A stretch of DNA of 63,796 nt, filler included, from Pseudogymnoascus verrucosus (taxonomy: Eukaryota), in assembly GCA_001662655.1 (NCBI GenBank). It is 3 parts of 3 records of this genome, joined end to end, with 100 filler letters (N's around TTAATTAATTAA, not from the genome) between each part and the next. Parts side by side here need not be neighbours in the genome. Positions count along the whole stretch, not along the records: positions 1 to 23,280 come from KV460297.1; 2 more parts are not named here. The stretch is one strand, 5' to 3'. Shown in pieces: positions 1-15,840 of this stretch; positions within the stretch are counted from its first letter, which is position 1, and each line of letters begins with the position of its first letter. The notes beneath the pieces were generated by a model. The model was not told the origin of the DNA. It saw only the letters and a list, made by a program, of their open reading frames with translations, and ran no database searches. A program made the translations under genes and the position numbers.

Positions 1-1061
1 ACACCCCCCCACCCACCCCCACCGCCCCCTTCGCAACGGCCTTCTCCACCTCCCCCTTCCCATACCAAGCCCTCCCATCCTCATTTCTCAGCATCTTCGC
101 AAACTCCTCCATCAGCCTCGTCTCCCTCGCATACTTCGTATCCGCCAACCTCGCCATCACCTCCGGCGCAGCCAACACCTCAGTGAGACTGTGTAGATGC
201 CCTGAGCTACTGTGCACAACCACGAAATTGGATTTATTCCCCAACACCGCCTTATCATTCCGCCTCCTCGCATCATCAAGCACGTACTCCACGAACCCCG
301 CCGCCGTGAACCCAGGTGAAGCGATCAAAAGCGGCCGCGGCTGCGAGATATCCACATGTCGCCCCAACGTCTCCAGCACAGCGTGGAAGAAGCGCTCAAG
401 CCCCTTATCATGATCACCCGCGCGCCCCGCCCTCTTTTTCGGAATAGCGATCTCAACCCTCTGCCGCAGAATAGTCTGATGTTCCGTAATCAGGCAAATA
501 TTCGCCAGTCCCTCCTGCATAACCACCGCCGGCACGGCACCCTCCTTATCAACCCGAACCGCCTCCCTCACAACATCAAGCGCGATGCTATCCCACCCCC
601 CATTCTCCTCAGCTTTCTCCAAGGTGAAGTTCCGATGTAGTTCCAGGTCCAGCGTGTGGAAGGCACCGACTTTGACGTGTTTGTTTTCCTCGGCTACGCG
701 GCCGGAGACGTGGAGTTGGCCCGCTTGGGCGTCGAAGTCGAGAGAGGTGACGCGGATGGCGAGGGTGGTGTGGACGCGCGTGCTGGAGGTGGAGCCGGTG
801 GCGGATTCGGTGGTGATGCGGCGGATGGCGGAGGCGCGGAGGAGGTCGAGGGGGGAGATGAGGTTGTAGGCGTGCCACTGGGGGGGAGGTTAGTTGCGGG
901 ACTGTGGTTTGGGAAGGGGGTGGATGGGGGAAGGGTCGTGGTGGGGGTGGTGGGGGGGTGGGGAGTGGAAGGGGGGAATATACCATATCCTCTGGCTCCT
1001 CCGGGAGGAGGACTACGGTCCCCGAGCCGTCGCGCTCGATGTTCTGCTTGATGAGCCGCAT
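1..1061 (-). CDS. dom34: Dom34/Pelota (eRF1-like ribosome rescue factor), 3'-truncated by the window edge
   Basis: Exon 1 (1061-984) MRLIKQNIERDGSGTVVLLPEEPEDM; intron 983-878 (GTATAT...CTAAC...CAG); exon 2 WHAYNLISPLDLLRASAIRRITTESATGSTSSTRVHTTL, the typical Pelota N-terminus. The gene continues to the window edge. Confidence 0.93.
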
Positions 1062-1728
1062 ATTGTTGGTGCTCTTGTGCTGGGTGCGTAAGGGATGGAC
1101 TTCGTCGCAAGAAACGCGGGGTTGTTGGCGGGGTTGGTTTGATGCGCTGTCTCGCTTCGAAATCTCAGCCTTGTGGTGGGAGGAGGGGTGGGTTTGCGTC
1201 GCGAGGCTGGACGAATAAATATTCTCGCATGACGTCAGGGAGGCTTATTTGGAAATAGTTTGGTGGGAATTGTATTTTTTAAAGTGGCACGTTTTATCAT
1301 CGGAATATGAAATGAGTAAGGCGAAGTCGTGAGCAAATTCGAAGATCGTCTGGCCAGTCGAGGCTCCAAATTTACTTACTTAACGTCCATCGCCTTTCTA
1401 TACTCTCGCAACCCCGCCAGCCGTATAAATTATAATATAGAGCAGCTATATAATATAGCAATCTTCCTGCCATTCCAGACACCACAGAAGTCCAATATCG
1501 ACGACGTTCTACTTACACCGCTGTTCCACCCAAGAAAAACCGTAATGAACAATAATAGATCAGGATTTTAATATCCGGTCTGAGGCGCGGGATGTCCAAC
1601 TCCAAAGACTCCGGAAGGCCACCGGGACGTCCCTGTCCATTTTCGGGCGACCTGCCAGCGCCCGCTCGCTGCTCGTCTCATTGCGGGACAAACCTAGGAG
1701 GCGTTGGTGCTACCCTCCTGTGAGTTTA

Positions 1729-1852
1729 CTTCTCGCTGTCGGCTGCATTTCTCTCTGTCGGCTGCATTTCTCTCTGTCGGTTCCCTTTCTCGCTGTCAGT
1801 TTCCTTCTTGTCGTCGACCTCCTTTCTCGCCGTCAGTTTCCTTCTTGCCGTC
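1729..1852. repeat. Degenerate 18-19 bp minisatellite, about 7 units
   Basis: Minus-strand units GACGGCAAGAAGGAAACT / GACGGCGAGAAAGGAGGTC / GACGACAAGAAGGAAACT / GACAGCGAGAAAGGGAACC / GACAGAGAGAAATGCAGCC x2 / GACAGCGAGAAG. Confidence 0.7.
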
Positions 1853-2586
1853 GGTATAACTCTCATCCCCCTAAGGACAGAAACTCCTCACTCCCCACCT
1901 CACCCGCTCTTCGATAGGTGACCGGTTGGAAGCTTCAACCCCCACTTCCCGGGAAAGGTATACTTCTGTGTGTGGGTATATTTCCCATTGTAAACAAACG
2001 GCGCCCTATTACCATCAGCATCGATGATGCCGAATCTCTTGATATATTATAGAGCCTCAAGTAACTCAGTCTCGAGATTGCTGAAAGTAACTGGCCCTCT
2101 GTGCTGTAGAATGGGTCGAGTGAGTAACGATCGATCTTGTTGAAGCTTTCAGGGTTGGGTCCTACACGTCTCGAGTGTTTATTTATACAATAAGCCCCCC
2201 CCCCTTTTCCCAAAGTTCAACCAAATTCTGTATATGAAGGAGTTGCGACAAGGGCATTTATTGGAATTGAATTATTCAATCCATCAACAGTCGCGAATAC
2301 CAGCTAGATAACGAAAAATCCCAAGCCTATTCCGATAAGAAGCACAACTCCCTTTCAAATCTCATATTCATCTTATAAAACGAGATAAAAAAGATATAAT
2401 AAACCCCTATCCTCAAAACTATCATCTCAGTATAAAACGCCATAGATGCACCAAAAGCGCACCCACCATATCCGAAAAACCCACGCAAGCCTCCCTCTTT
2501 GCAAGGCATCCATCATCACGGCATATCCATCATATCTCATCCTATAACCTGCATTCGTAGCCACATACCAAACCCTCCTCGAACAA

Positions 2587-4582
2587 CTACGCCTGCTGCT
2601 CAAGACACATATCCAATCTATCCCCCAACAACCTCACCTCTGCCAACCCCCCCTTCATCTCCTCCCCAAACACCTTCTCCAGCTCCCCCCCTTCCTTAAG
2701 CGCCTTCTCCAACCTCCCCCTCGCCGTCCTAAGCGGCATCAAATAAATCTCCTCAATCACACTCATACTGCCCTCCGGCACAACCCCTTTATACTCCTCC
2801 GAATTCAAAAAGAAGATCAAATTCAGCGCCGCCATATGGAACGGGAACGTGCGCCGGAAGTCCTCCCATAGCTCTGAATCCGTCTCGGCGTCAAGCATGC
2901 TCTCGTACGGGAAGAGGTAGGGTTGTAATGCTGCCACGGCGGCGGGGGTGCCGAAAAGATCGTCGGATTTGCGGGTGTGTGCGCGGACGAGCTCTTCTTT
3001 GAGCCAGCCTACTGCGGAGGCGCGGAGGGGCTCGAAGGGGCAGTGCTCGAGTGTGTCGGAGATGAAATTCAAACGGAGACGGTCTGTGGGGTGTGCGTGC
3101 AGGATGTTCGAGGTGAGGATGTGTGCCGCGTGGCGGAGGGTGGGCTCAGGGCAGTTCGCGGAGACGAGGGAGAGCGACTGGAGGAGCTGGAGGTAATCTG
3201 TTGGGTCTAGTGGGCCGGCGACGAAGTGGTCCGTGTGTTCGAGCCAGAGGCCGATGGAGAGGATGGCGTCGAGGATGGGGGGGGATTCGGTGCCGGAGGT
3301 TTCGAGGCCGGTGGTGCCGATGAATTTTTGGACGAGGAGGGAGAGGGAGGGGAAGATGGAGAGGGCGGGGAGGGTGACGTTGGTGTTGGAGAACATCACG
3401 GAGGAGAAGATCGCGTTGGCGGTTAGGAAGAGGCAGCCGGTGAGGGAGAGGGGGACGTCCTCGGGGGAGGTGGGGGCGAAGTCTTCGCCTTCGGGTTCGT
3501 TGGGGGGGGTGGGGAGGTCTTGCTCGGGTGCGTTGAAGAGGTAGTCGACGCCGTTGAGGCCGACGTCGCGTGCGAGGGCCTGGAGGTGTTAGAAAGGAAG
3601 GGAGAATGTAAATGTAGGGTCATACCACTAGTTTCCCGAGGAGAACCTCACGCTCCTGCAACTCCAGGTCTTCTCTGAAAGCCTCTCCGAAATTCTTCTT
3701 CCCTGGCACAATCTTGTCCGGCGCGAAGTGCTCTTGGAGCCGCGCGGACCAATCCAAGCTGTTGTCTTTGACATATAGTTCTATAATATGGGTGACAAAC
3801 GACTGCACGAGCTTCTTCTGTATGGCTTCCTCCTTTGGGTCTTCTGCTGCTGCCTCCGGGTCTGGAGCCTTCTCATCCTTTTCGTCTGATGCGATTGTAA
3901 GGTTCTGTATCGAGAGACTCGACTTGCGCGTTGGGAGTGGAGGCCTCTTGTTCCCCGAGAGTGTCTGCGCAAACGCAGTGATGGCATGGGTGGCCTGACT
4001 TGACGGGCGGTAGGAGCTGAGAATCGCCATCAGGGAGGCAGAAAGGAAGCGCGAGGGGTATTTCGTCTTAATTCTTGGGTGGAGGGTGGCCAGCATAGAA
4101 ACGAGGAGGCAGAACTTGTCGACCTCCGTTGGCTCTGGTGTCTCAGCCGGGGTTGGTGACGCAACAAGTGCATCGCGAGTCGGTTCAGCCTCTTCCGTCT
4201 TTTCGGTCCTCTTAACATCTTCAGTCTCGGCAGCCTTATCCTCTGTAGCTTCATTATCCTCCTCCTCCTCTGGCTGGTCCAGCACCAGTAACCTCAACGC
4301 TTCGGTAACTTGGAGAATAACTTCTCTTGGGTTTCCCAGTCGTGCCACAGTCTTCAAGCACGGCGCGGATCCCGGAAGTGGGAGCAGCATGTGGACGAGG
4401 TCCCAACCAATTCTCTGGGTGAGCTCAACATCCTGAAGTACGTCATTGAGCGCGGGTAGAAGCTCGGGCGACAGGTGAGATTGCACGATGGTGAGATATG
4501 TGAGATCGTCGGTGACGGGCGGACGACTGTCGCGGATGGCCGTTTTGGCATGCTCTAGGAGAGAGGGAGAGGAAGAAGCCAT
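2587..4582 (-). CDS. YAP-binding/ALF4/glomulin-like (Ybp1/Ybp2, DUF1760) protein
   Basis: Exons 4582-3626 and 3579-2587 are joined in frame by intron 3625-3580 (GTATGA...CTAAC...CAG). Motifs IGWDLV and ARLGNPREVIL are typical of the Ybp/DUF1760 family. Confidence 0.75.
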
Positions 4583-4990
4583 GGTTGATGGATTTGTGGT
4601 GTTTGATGGGGGAGGATTTGAGGTCTGAGAAGTTGTTTGGGACCTTGAACCGAGCAGGCAGGCGGGCCTAGCTTGGATGTCGGGAAGGCTTGTAATAGAG
4701 CAAGGCTGAAACTCAGAAACGAGTAAGTTGAGGAGGGCGAGTGGATGGGATCTACTGGGAATGGTACGGGAGTATACTTGTAAATGATACTGTATTTAGT
4801 GTCTATGGCAAGTATCATATGTGTACTATCTCCTGTTTGGTGCTCTACTCAGTTAACTTGCTCTTTACAGTGGAGCGGGGTAGTTGGATGTTGGGGACAG
4901 GGAGAGGGGTTCCGCTGGGTCCGCTGGATTCCGCTGGGTTCCGCTGGGCTCCACTATGGTCCGCTGCTGCGCCAATGTTCCCGCTAAACA

Positions 4991-5026
4991 TCACGTGACT
5001 TGTATCACATGATTATAGTCACGTGA
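4991..5026. promoter_or_regulatory. Triple E-box (bHLH-site) array in a divergent promoter
   Basis: CACGTG at 4992, CACATG at 5006 and CACGTG at 5020, exactly 14 bp apart, within the inverted repeat TCACGTGACT...AGTCACGTGA. Confidence 0.5.
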
Positions 5027-5551
5027 ATTGCACTGTATTCTGGAGTTCTCTGTCTAAGGCCCTATATTGAGTTTATCATATCCTATGAGGCTGTAAGAGT
5101 TTGCTCCCTGCGAGAGAATGGGCGTATAACACGAATGCCGTGTTTAATGCCGGCCCACCTCCCAGCCAATGACGTCCGTTGGGTTCGGAATTACACACGG
5201 GGAAACAGAAGGAGCGAACGGGACAGGTGGGTGTAGTGGGGTTCACTATTTGTCGCTCATAGTGGGGGAAACCCCGCATCGTCGGAGCACACCAGGCCAT
5301 TGTACAGCCTCCTACTGGAACTTCTGCTGCGAGCTTTCCCCCTCCTCCGGCTGAACACAAGAATAGACCCAGAATAGCCCATTATAGCTCAACCAATTCA
5401 ACCGGAAAGCCTCCTTTTATAAATTTATTTCTTGTGCTCATATATCCTGGTCAGACAGCTCACAGAGTTCATATACAAGCCTGCCACTTGAGGTGACCTG
5501 CATATTCAATATCTACGAATCATTGACCGCTCCCTGCCCTTTATAGTCACC

Positions 5552-7529
5552 ATGTCTGCTCCTGAGCATGTCCCAGAGGAGCCGAGATATATCGAGTTTC
5601 CCTCCATTCCCCATGGTACTCTCAGGGATGGAAAGCTGGTGTTGAACAGGTGGTCGGCCACCTTGACGAAGGACCATGACTTCCCAGGAGCACAGGCTAT
5701 GCTTTACGCAGCCGGTGTGCCCAATAGAGAGATGATGAAGACTGCTCCTCATGTCGGCATCTCTACAGTGTGGTGGGAAGGAAACCCGTGCAAGTGAGTG
5801 TTCCTTGCCCTCTCTTACGGACGTTCAGAAGCTAACAGCCCTCCTAGCATGCACTGTGAGCATTAATACCTCAATTGAACTTGGAACCCGGCTAACGAAG
5901 TTTGTCTTCAGTGCATGACTTGGGAAAGGTTGTCAAGGCATCAGTGATCAAGCAGGACATGCTGGCATGGCAGTTCAACACAATCGGTGTATCCGATGCT
6001 ATCACAATGGGCGGCGAAGGTATGCCACACACCCCACCCCATTGCCCGCAAGAACTCTCCTCTAACAAACCCTAGGAATGCGCTTCTCCCTCCAAACTCG
6101 TGAAGTCATCGCCGACTCCATCGAAACCGTAACCTGCGCTCAGCACCACGACGCCAACATCTCCATCCCCGGCTGCGACAAGAACATGCCCGGTGTCATT
6201 ATGGCCGCCGCGCGCCACAACCGCCCCTTCCTAATGATCTACGGCGGAACCATCAAGAAGGGCTTCTCCAAGCTCCTCAACAAGCCCATTAACATCAGCA
6301 CCTGCTACGAAGCCTCCGGTGCATTCACCTACGACAAGCTCCACGCCGCCGTCGACCCTGGCACCGAAGGCCGCACCCCCTCAGACGTAATGGATGACAT
6401 CGAGCAGCACGCCTGCCCCGGCGCTGGTGGCTGCGGAGGCATGTACACCGCTAACACTATGTCCACCGCCATCGAAGCCATGGGACTCTGTCTCCCCGGC
6501 TCCTCCTCCAACCCCGCCGAGTCCCCCGCCAAGATGCGCGAGTGCGAGAAGGCGGCCGAGACAATCAAGATCTGCATGGAGCAGAACATCACTCCCCGCA
6601 AGCTTCTCACCAAAGAGTCCTTCGAGAACGCACTCGTCCTCACCATGGCGCTCGGAGGCTCCACAAACGGCGTCCTTCACTTCCTCGCCATGGCACGCAC
6701 TGCCGAGGTGGAATTGACCATCGACGACATCCAGCGCGTCTCCGACAAGATTCCCTTCCTCGCCAACCTCGCACCTTCAGGCGAGTACTACATGGAGGAC
6801 CTCTACGACATCGGCGGCACCCCCTCCGTCCTCAAGTACCTCATCGCCGCCGGCCTGATCAACGGCTCCATCCCCACCGTCACCGGCAAGACCCTCGCCG
6901 AGAACCTCGTCTCCTTCCCCTCCCTCCCCCAAGACCAGGTCATCATCCGCCCCCTCGACAACCCCATCAAGTCCTCCGGCCATCTCCAGATCCTGCGCGG
7001 TAACATCGCCCCCGGCGGCGCCGTTGCCAAGATTACTGGCAAGGAGGGTTTGGAATTCACTGGTGCTGCTAGGGTGTTTGATAAGGAGCACCAGCTTGAT
7101 GCGGCACTTAATGCGGGCGCGATTCCGAGGGGTGATAACATTGTTATTATTGTCCGTTATGAGGGACCTAAGGGCGGGCCGGGTATGCCTGAGCAGTTGA
7201 AGGCTTCGGCGGCGATTATGGGCGCCGGCCTGACGAATGTGGCTTTGGTGACTGATGGACGTTACAGCGGTGCTTCTCACGGCTTTATCGTGGGACATGT
7301 TGTTCCTGAGGCTGCGGTTGGCGGACCGATCGCGGTTGTCCAGGATGGCGATATGGTGACTATTTCTGCCAAGACGAATACGCTTAGCATGGATGTTCCT
7401 GAGGAGGAGATTGCGAGGAGGCTGAAGGCGTGGAAGGCGCCGAAGAGTAAGGTTAATAGGGGTGTGTTGGGGAAGTATCAGAGGTTGGTTGGAGATGCCA
7501 GCCATGGTGCTATGACGGATTTGTTTTAA
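5552..7529 (+). CDS. ilv3: Dihydroxy-acid dehydratase (IlvD/Ilv3 family)
   Basis: Exons 5552-5793, 5848-5855, 5912-6019 and 6076-7529. Motifs GNPCNMH, GVSDAITMG, GCDKNMPG, CGGMYTANTM, GGSTN, YEGPKGGPGMPE and TDGRYSGASHG. Confidence 0.95.
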
Positions 7530-7650
7530 GAGCTAGAGTTTTGTGTGCATGAATAGATGGGATTTCTTTATTATAACTTTTTGCCATATGAACCATCAAG
7601 ACGTACGTGAAAATGCAAACCCGTGAAGAACTAACCCGAGAATAACAAGA

Positions 7651-10947
<3,297 letters not shown>

Positions 10948-11267
10948 GGTGAATATTTTAAACCGGCCTTTCTTTCTTCTAGGATAACTGCTCACTTCCA
11001 GACAAATATCGCGGTTATTATATCAGTCGTCTCCGAGAATGCGGGGTTCAATGATAGCAAGCCACACAGGTACGGTATTAGAATCAATCAAGAGGTTGTG
11101 AAGTCGTCGGAACAAACGGGTTAAGAGCAGGATATAATTGGTATCTTATTTATATAAAGCCCGAATGTCACCGTATCAAGTGATAGTTTTATCAGAAAGG
11201 TTGATGAGACGACGAGGAGCTGTCTCACGAGTCGTTGATGACGGGCTGACCGGATTAAGCTGTTTGA

Positions 11268-11290
11268 GCGGGGTTGCACAGCAACCCCGC
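11268..11290. promoter_or_regulatory. Palindromic twin CreA/Cre1 sites upstream of the GH2 gene
   Basis: GCGGGGTTGC-ACA-GCAACCCCGC has perfect 10-bp arms, each carrying SYGGRG. A further GCGGGG lies at 11041. Confidence 0.55.
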
Positions 11291-11591
11291 GTTAGCGAAT
11301 ACTGTAAGGTTCAGAATCACTCAGTCGCTAAGTCATTCACCATGTCTGGTGATAAAACACAAATGTAATACAATATTAACGCAATTCAATGTGCAAGATT
11401 CAGTACGAGACAACGGCCATGCATGAGTTAAAACTAATATTACATTTTTAAGCAATATCAAGCATGAAGTCGATCGCCAAGTCTATCAGATCAAACCAAC
11501 TCCACCGTTACGTGCATTCGTTAACCTCGTTTCCACCCCGTGCCTCTTAGTATCCATATCAGATACCTGACTGATCAGTCAACAGAGACAT

Positions 11592-12311
11592 TTAAGTGTA
11601 CTGCCAAGCACCAGCATCGTTGTTTGGCTGCGCAACAGCAATGAGGCCCTTCAACTCAACGCAATCGGTCTGGTTGAATCCAGGAGTGCGTCCGTAGATG
11701 CGATGAGTGGCCGTGGCATCAACATATTCGGAGACCTTGGGGCAGGCAACAAGGCCAGCTAGGAAATGTTAGTTCTCTGTCACAAAGAAGCAGTGATAAG
11801 AACTCGACGCTACGTACCAAAAGTTGGGTGTCCGGGAGTCTCCCAGCTGACGATGGTCTGGTTGACTCCGTTGCCATCAAGGGTGGTGTAGGTAGTGAAG
11901 CCACCGATGTATGCTCCGGCCGGGATGGAGGCTGAGTGAGCTTGGGTGTAGCTAACGGCTCCCGAGACGTCAACGAAGGTCTGCTGGCCACCTGGGACAA
12001 TGACGCTACAAACTAATCAGTCTCTGTTTCTGCCATGAGAAGGCGGCGGTCACTTACGACAGGGACATTCCTCCCTTGTACACTACTGTCTCGTTTGCGG
12101 CAGGGCAAGTGAGGTTAGGGATGACGGGGCAGTATGTGGCGGGGCCATCAAGACCGAGGTAAAATCCGAAGCCTGCGGCGTTGACGTCTTCGCCTTGGAG
12201 GGTGGAGGATGGGTTCCACGCCTTGAGGGTGAAGGCGGTGATTGGGTCCTGAGCAGAGACCTGCGACGAGAGGACGGCGCCGACGACGGCAGCGGAGGTG
12301 GAGAAACGCAT
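11592..12311 (-). CDS. Secreted fungal 'IgE-binding protein'-like protein
   Basis: Signal peptide MRFSTSAAVVGAVLSSQVSA; motifs ATYCP...CP and VPGGQQTFVDVSGAVSYTQAHSASIP; C-terminus AWQYT*; two introns (~12057-12006, ~11817-11760). Confidence 0.75.
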
Positions 12312-13767
12312 CTTGTAGTTGTTGCAAGTTAGGAGAGCTTGAGAAGGTAAGGAGAGAGAAGGGGCAGAGGAGGGCGCTGAACAGGATTTATATATATTGA
12401 TCAAGCAAGGTCCACAGTGACGACGTCTAGGAGGGCGGGTCCAATGCGACGTGGGGAAATGGATATGCCAGCCTACCGGACCTACGTGTGGAACAAAAGA
12501 CCTGGGTTGGGCCGCTTGAAATTAAGGAAACAGGCGGTACGAGTGCGGATATCAGGAATAGGTTATGGGACGGGGTGTTTATGCATACATTGGCTATGTT
12601 CCAGGATTAGGATGTTTGTGATCATCACTGAATAACCTCCTTTCAGCCTTAATCGCGGAGCATGGAACCCTGGATGAGCAAAGGGTGGATACGACGTTAA
12701 ACAAGCCTCCCGCACGTCGCGTAACAAGGTTATACTGTAAGATTACTCATTGTTCTATACTGCGACTCCGGTATGATGAACGATTTTTCATTGTGTTCCA
12801 TGGTATCAGCTTCTTTCGTCACAGCTTCCCGCTCCAGTTTGTAATCACTATTTCCATTAATAGAACCTATTTTACGCCTCTATTAACATTCTCATAAGCA
12901 ATGACGACACACGAATATAGAATACCATGTCATTTAGCCTCGGACTCTTGTGATGGGGAAACCTCGTATTGCTGCATAAACTGCAGATCGAAACCGTTTA
13001 AAGGTTATCCACATCTCGTAATCGCAACAGCCGAACAATGCCACGCCGGCGGACAGGCCATAATGGCATCACGCCGTCCCTGGTGATCTCTCGTACTCAA
13101 TGCTGATCGCTTGGTTGGTTGGGAAACACTGAAATGTTTGCCGCGCGATGCTGTTGTTCGGTGTCCGTTGTTGCCGATATATTGCTGTGTGAACCAAACT
13201 TGCTGCTGTTGTATATTGGCGGCTCCGGCCAGCCAGTTATTTATCACCGAGCTGCCCCATGGGGAAGCTCAGATTATGGATGAGTAAAAGTTTGATATCT
13301 CAGAACAAAATGCTGTGAAGGAAAGCCCCAGGTCGTACAGTTGTGCATCACAAACCTTCCAACACACAATGTTTGCTATAATGTCTACCAAACCGCCTTC
13401 AAAGAGCGTTTTCAATTTATAAGGATTCTTCCATGATAGCAGGTCTAAAAATCTGTAAGTCGATACTTCATGAAATATTTCATGTTCTTCTGTTCGAGTG
13501 ATGTTCCATGAATCGAGCTTACTTCCACGTGCCTTGAATGTCGACGACATCAGTGGACCCCGGCGGCAGAATTCTTTCACCGCCCACCCCAACCCCCCCG
13601 GACGACTTCAGTCTATCAACATCTCAAATTCCGTTTCAGCCCTATGCCTCGAGCCGTCGTCGGCTGATATTCTTTCCAACACCTCACTCAGCGAGGTCTT
13701 CTTCTGGCGAGTTCATGCACTGTCAATAGTTCTGTGCATTGAAGGGATCCCCCTTCTTTAGGCCGCA

Positions 13768-14364
13768 ATGGGGATATGTTCGTCCTGTCTGGGTCGCGAC
13801 CGTGGTTCTGAAGAGGTATGTGTTACAGGCCTCACAACCCATTTGAGTCAAGACAGAGACTAATCATACTGGTGTTTTAGGATGATACGTCAAGATTGAT
13901 CTTTGATGATCCCCTGGCAAACAACTACGGAAGCTTCACCGACCAAAACGTGGTTACAACACAGGCCGATCCGCAGGATGTGCAACGTGAAAGTGAGGCT
14001 CTGCAGAATATTGTAGCAGAGACTTCCAAGTATGTTATTCATTGTTCAGATCAAATCATTAATTACACCGTGCTAATTAAACCTCAGTCACCTCGTCGAC
14101 ATTTTCGCGATGGCTCCTCAGAACCAACAGCGCCCACCAGCCACAACCTACGCCTCCCAAGCAGCGAGATTCGTCACCTACAACGACCTTCTCGGAAAGC
14201 CACCCATGGACGACCCCTATGTGGACACCTCCAGACCTCCAACAGCCGACGGCAAAGATGCCGACTGGCTATCCGATGATGAAGACGACGAGCTATCCGG
14301 GAAGAGCCTAGGAATCACCAAGCCGGACGTAGGGCCGTTGCTGGGAGGGTTCGCGGATATGTAG
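13768..14364 (+). CDS. LAMTOR1/Ego1(Meh1)-like vacuolar TORC1 anchor
   Basis: N-terminus MGICSSCLG fits the myristoylation/palmitoylation pattern. Exons 13768-13815, 13881-14029 and 14088-14364 give DPQDVQRESEALQNIVAETSNHLVDIFAM. Confidence 0.75.
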
Positions 14365-14951
14365 CGCGGGGCAAAATAGGCTACGTCCTACACTTGGGGG
14401 GTTTCGTTTCAACTTTGTACAAAAACAGTAAAGCATCGGCGCAGGGAGTTTATATGCCTTTCGATGATACCCCCGCATATATGTACGGTTTGTCGCATAT
14501 GTGGGAAAAAGATAATTTTTTGCTATTGGGTAAATTCCAGGCATAGCTAGACAGCATCAACTATTTATTATTGGCCCAGGTACAACATTTCCAATGTCTG
14601 TTTTATTGATTTCGATGATGAGGCGTGATTGGTGTTGATTTATGTCGGCTTGACAGATTTGCCAGCTTACGACAACTATGGACCAGTCACTTGTTTGGGG
14701 CTGAAGATGACATGTCGCTGGTCTTACACCGTGTCAATATATTTGACATAAAAACTGATTTGAAATAGAAAAGTATATAAACATCATAAAACTCCAAGTA
14801 GTCTACAATTCTATATATGTACATGAACTCTCGAGATATGACGTAGAGAAAACTGCGAGGGTAGTCCTAGCAGCTGGATATCATATAAGCAAAACACAAA
14901 ACGCTAACACGTTGTTCTAAAAATAGTCATGATACATGCCGCTAAACCCTT

Positions 14952-15840
14952 TTAGTACGGGGCATTGGGAAACTGCGCCCTTCCCCCAGCCGCGCCCCCA
15001 TAGCTGGTATCCGTGTCTGGCCCCACGGTACTGGGCTTATACCCTCCAGAATAGGGTGATTCGTGTTCGTCGTCAGCGCCAGGCCTCGCGTAGGCGTTAT
15101 CGTAGCTCGCGGGCTCGAAGGGGTGGCTGCTGCTGCTGCCTGGGAGTTCGGAATCAAAGCGACCTAGGCGGTCTAGCTCGTCCTTGTCATTGCCGTGGAC
15201 GGGGGCATATTCGTCGTCGTGTGGCAAAGTGGAGAAAGCCTCGCGGTCGGGGTCGATCATTGCTGCGTTGTTTGGTATCCGCGCGCCGGGCAGGGAGCCG
15301 TGGTTGCGGTAGTAGATTGCGCCGTAGACGGAGATGGCTGATGTGAGAGCCCAGAGAGCACTACATGGCGATGGTTAGCAAGAAATCCCGCTCCCTGGTG
15401 TAGGTGTAGGACACGTACAATATGAAAAACCCAAAGCCAACCATGGCCTTTGAAAAGTTGCATGCGCCGAAACAGTATCCGTTGCTGTTCCAGGCAGCGA
15501 CGGATGCGAAAGCTGAGAGCCATAGGATAGCATATAATACATCGAGTCCGGCGAATACGTATGCGTTGCCCCAGCTGCGTGAGCGAGCAAAAAGAAGTGT
15601 CATGCTGTTGTAAATCATCGGTGGAATGGACAAAAAGCACTGTTTGTTTGTTAGTTCTATACGAGGCAAGGCAACACCAAGATTTCAACATACCAAAGCA
15701 ATGTACCACTGAATGGGACCGCCATTTCGTGAACGCTTGGTCATGTATGTGATCGTGATACAGAGGGCGACCAAGGTGAAGAGGGCCTGGGCGCCATGAA
15801 GGCCGGTTTTGATCCGGGGCAGATGAGACGTTAGAGCCAT
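14952..15840 (-). CDS. MARVEL-domain four-TM membrane protein
   Basis: Exons 15840-15694, 15639-15419 and 15360-14952 with canonical introns. Four hydrophobic segments, including LDVLYAILWLSAFASVAAW, and a hydrophilic C-tail. Confidence 0.75.

Noticed and set aside
5552..7529. DHAD as an AstD-like self-resistance gene of an aspterric-acid-type cluster
   Set aside because: No terpene cyclase or P450 lies nearby; the neighbours are ordinary core genes.
12900..13760. Short ORFs between the IgE-binding-like gene and LAMTOR1
   Set aside because: No motif, splice model or codon bias supports them.
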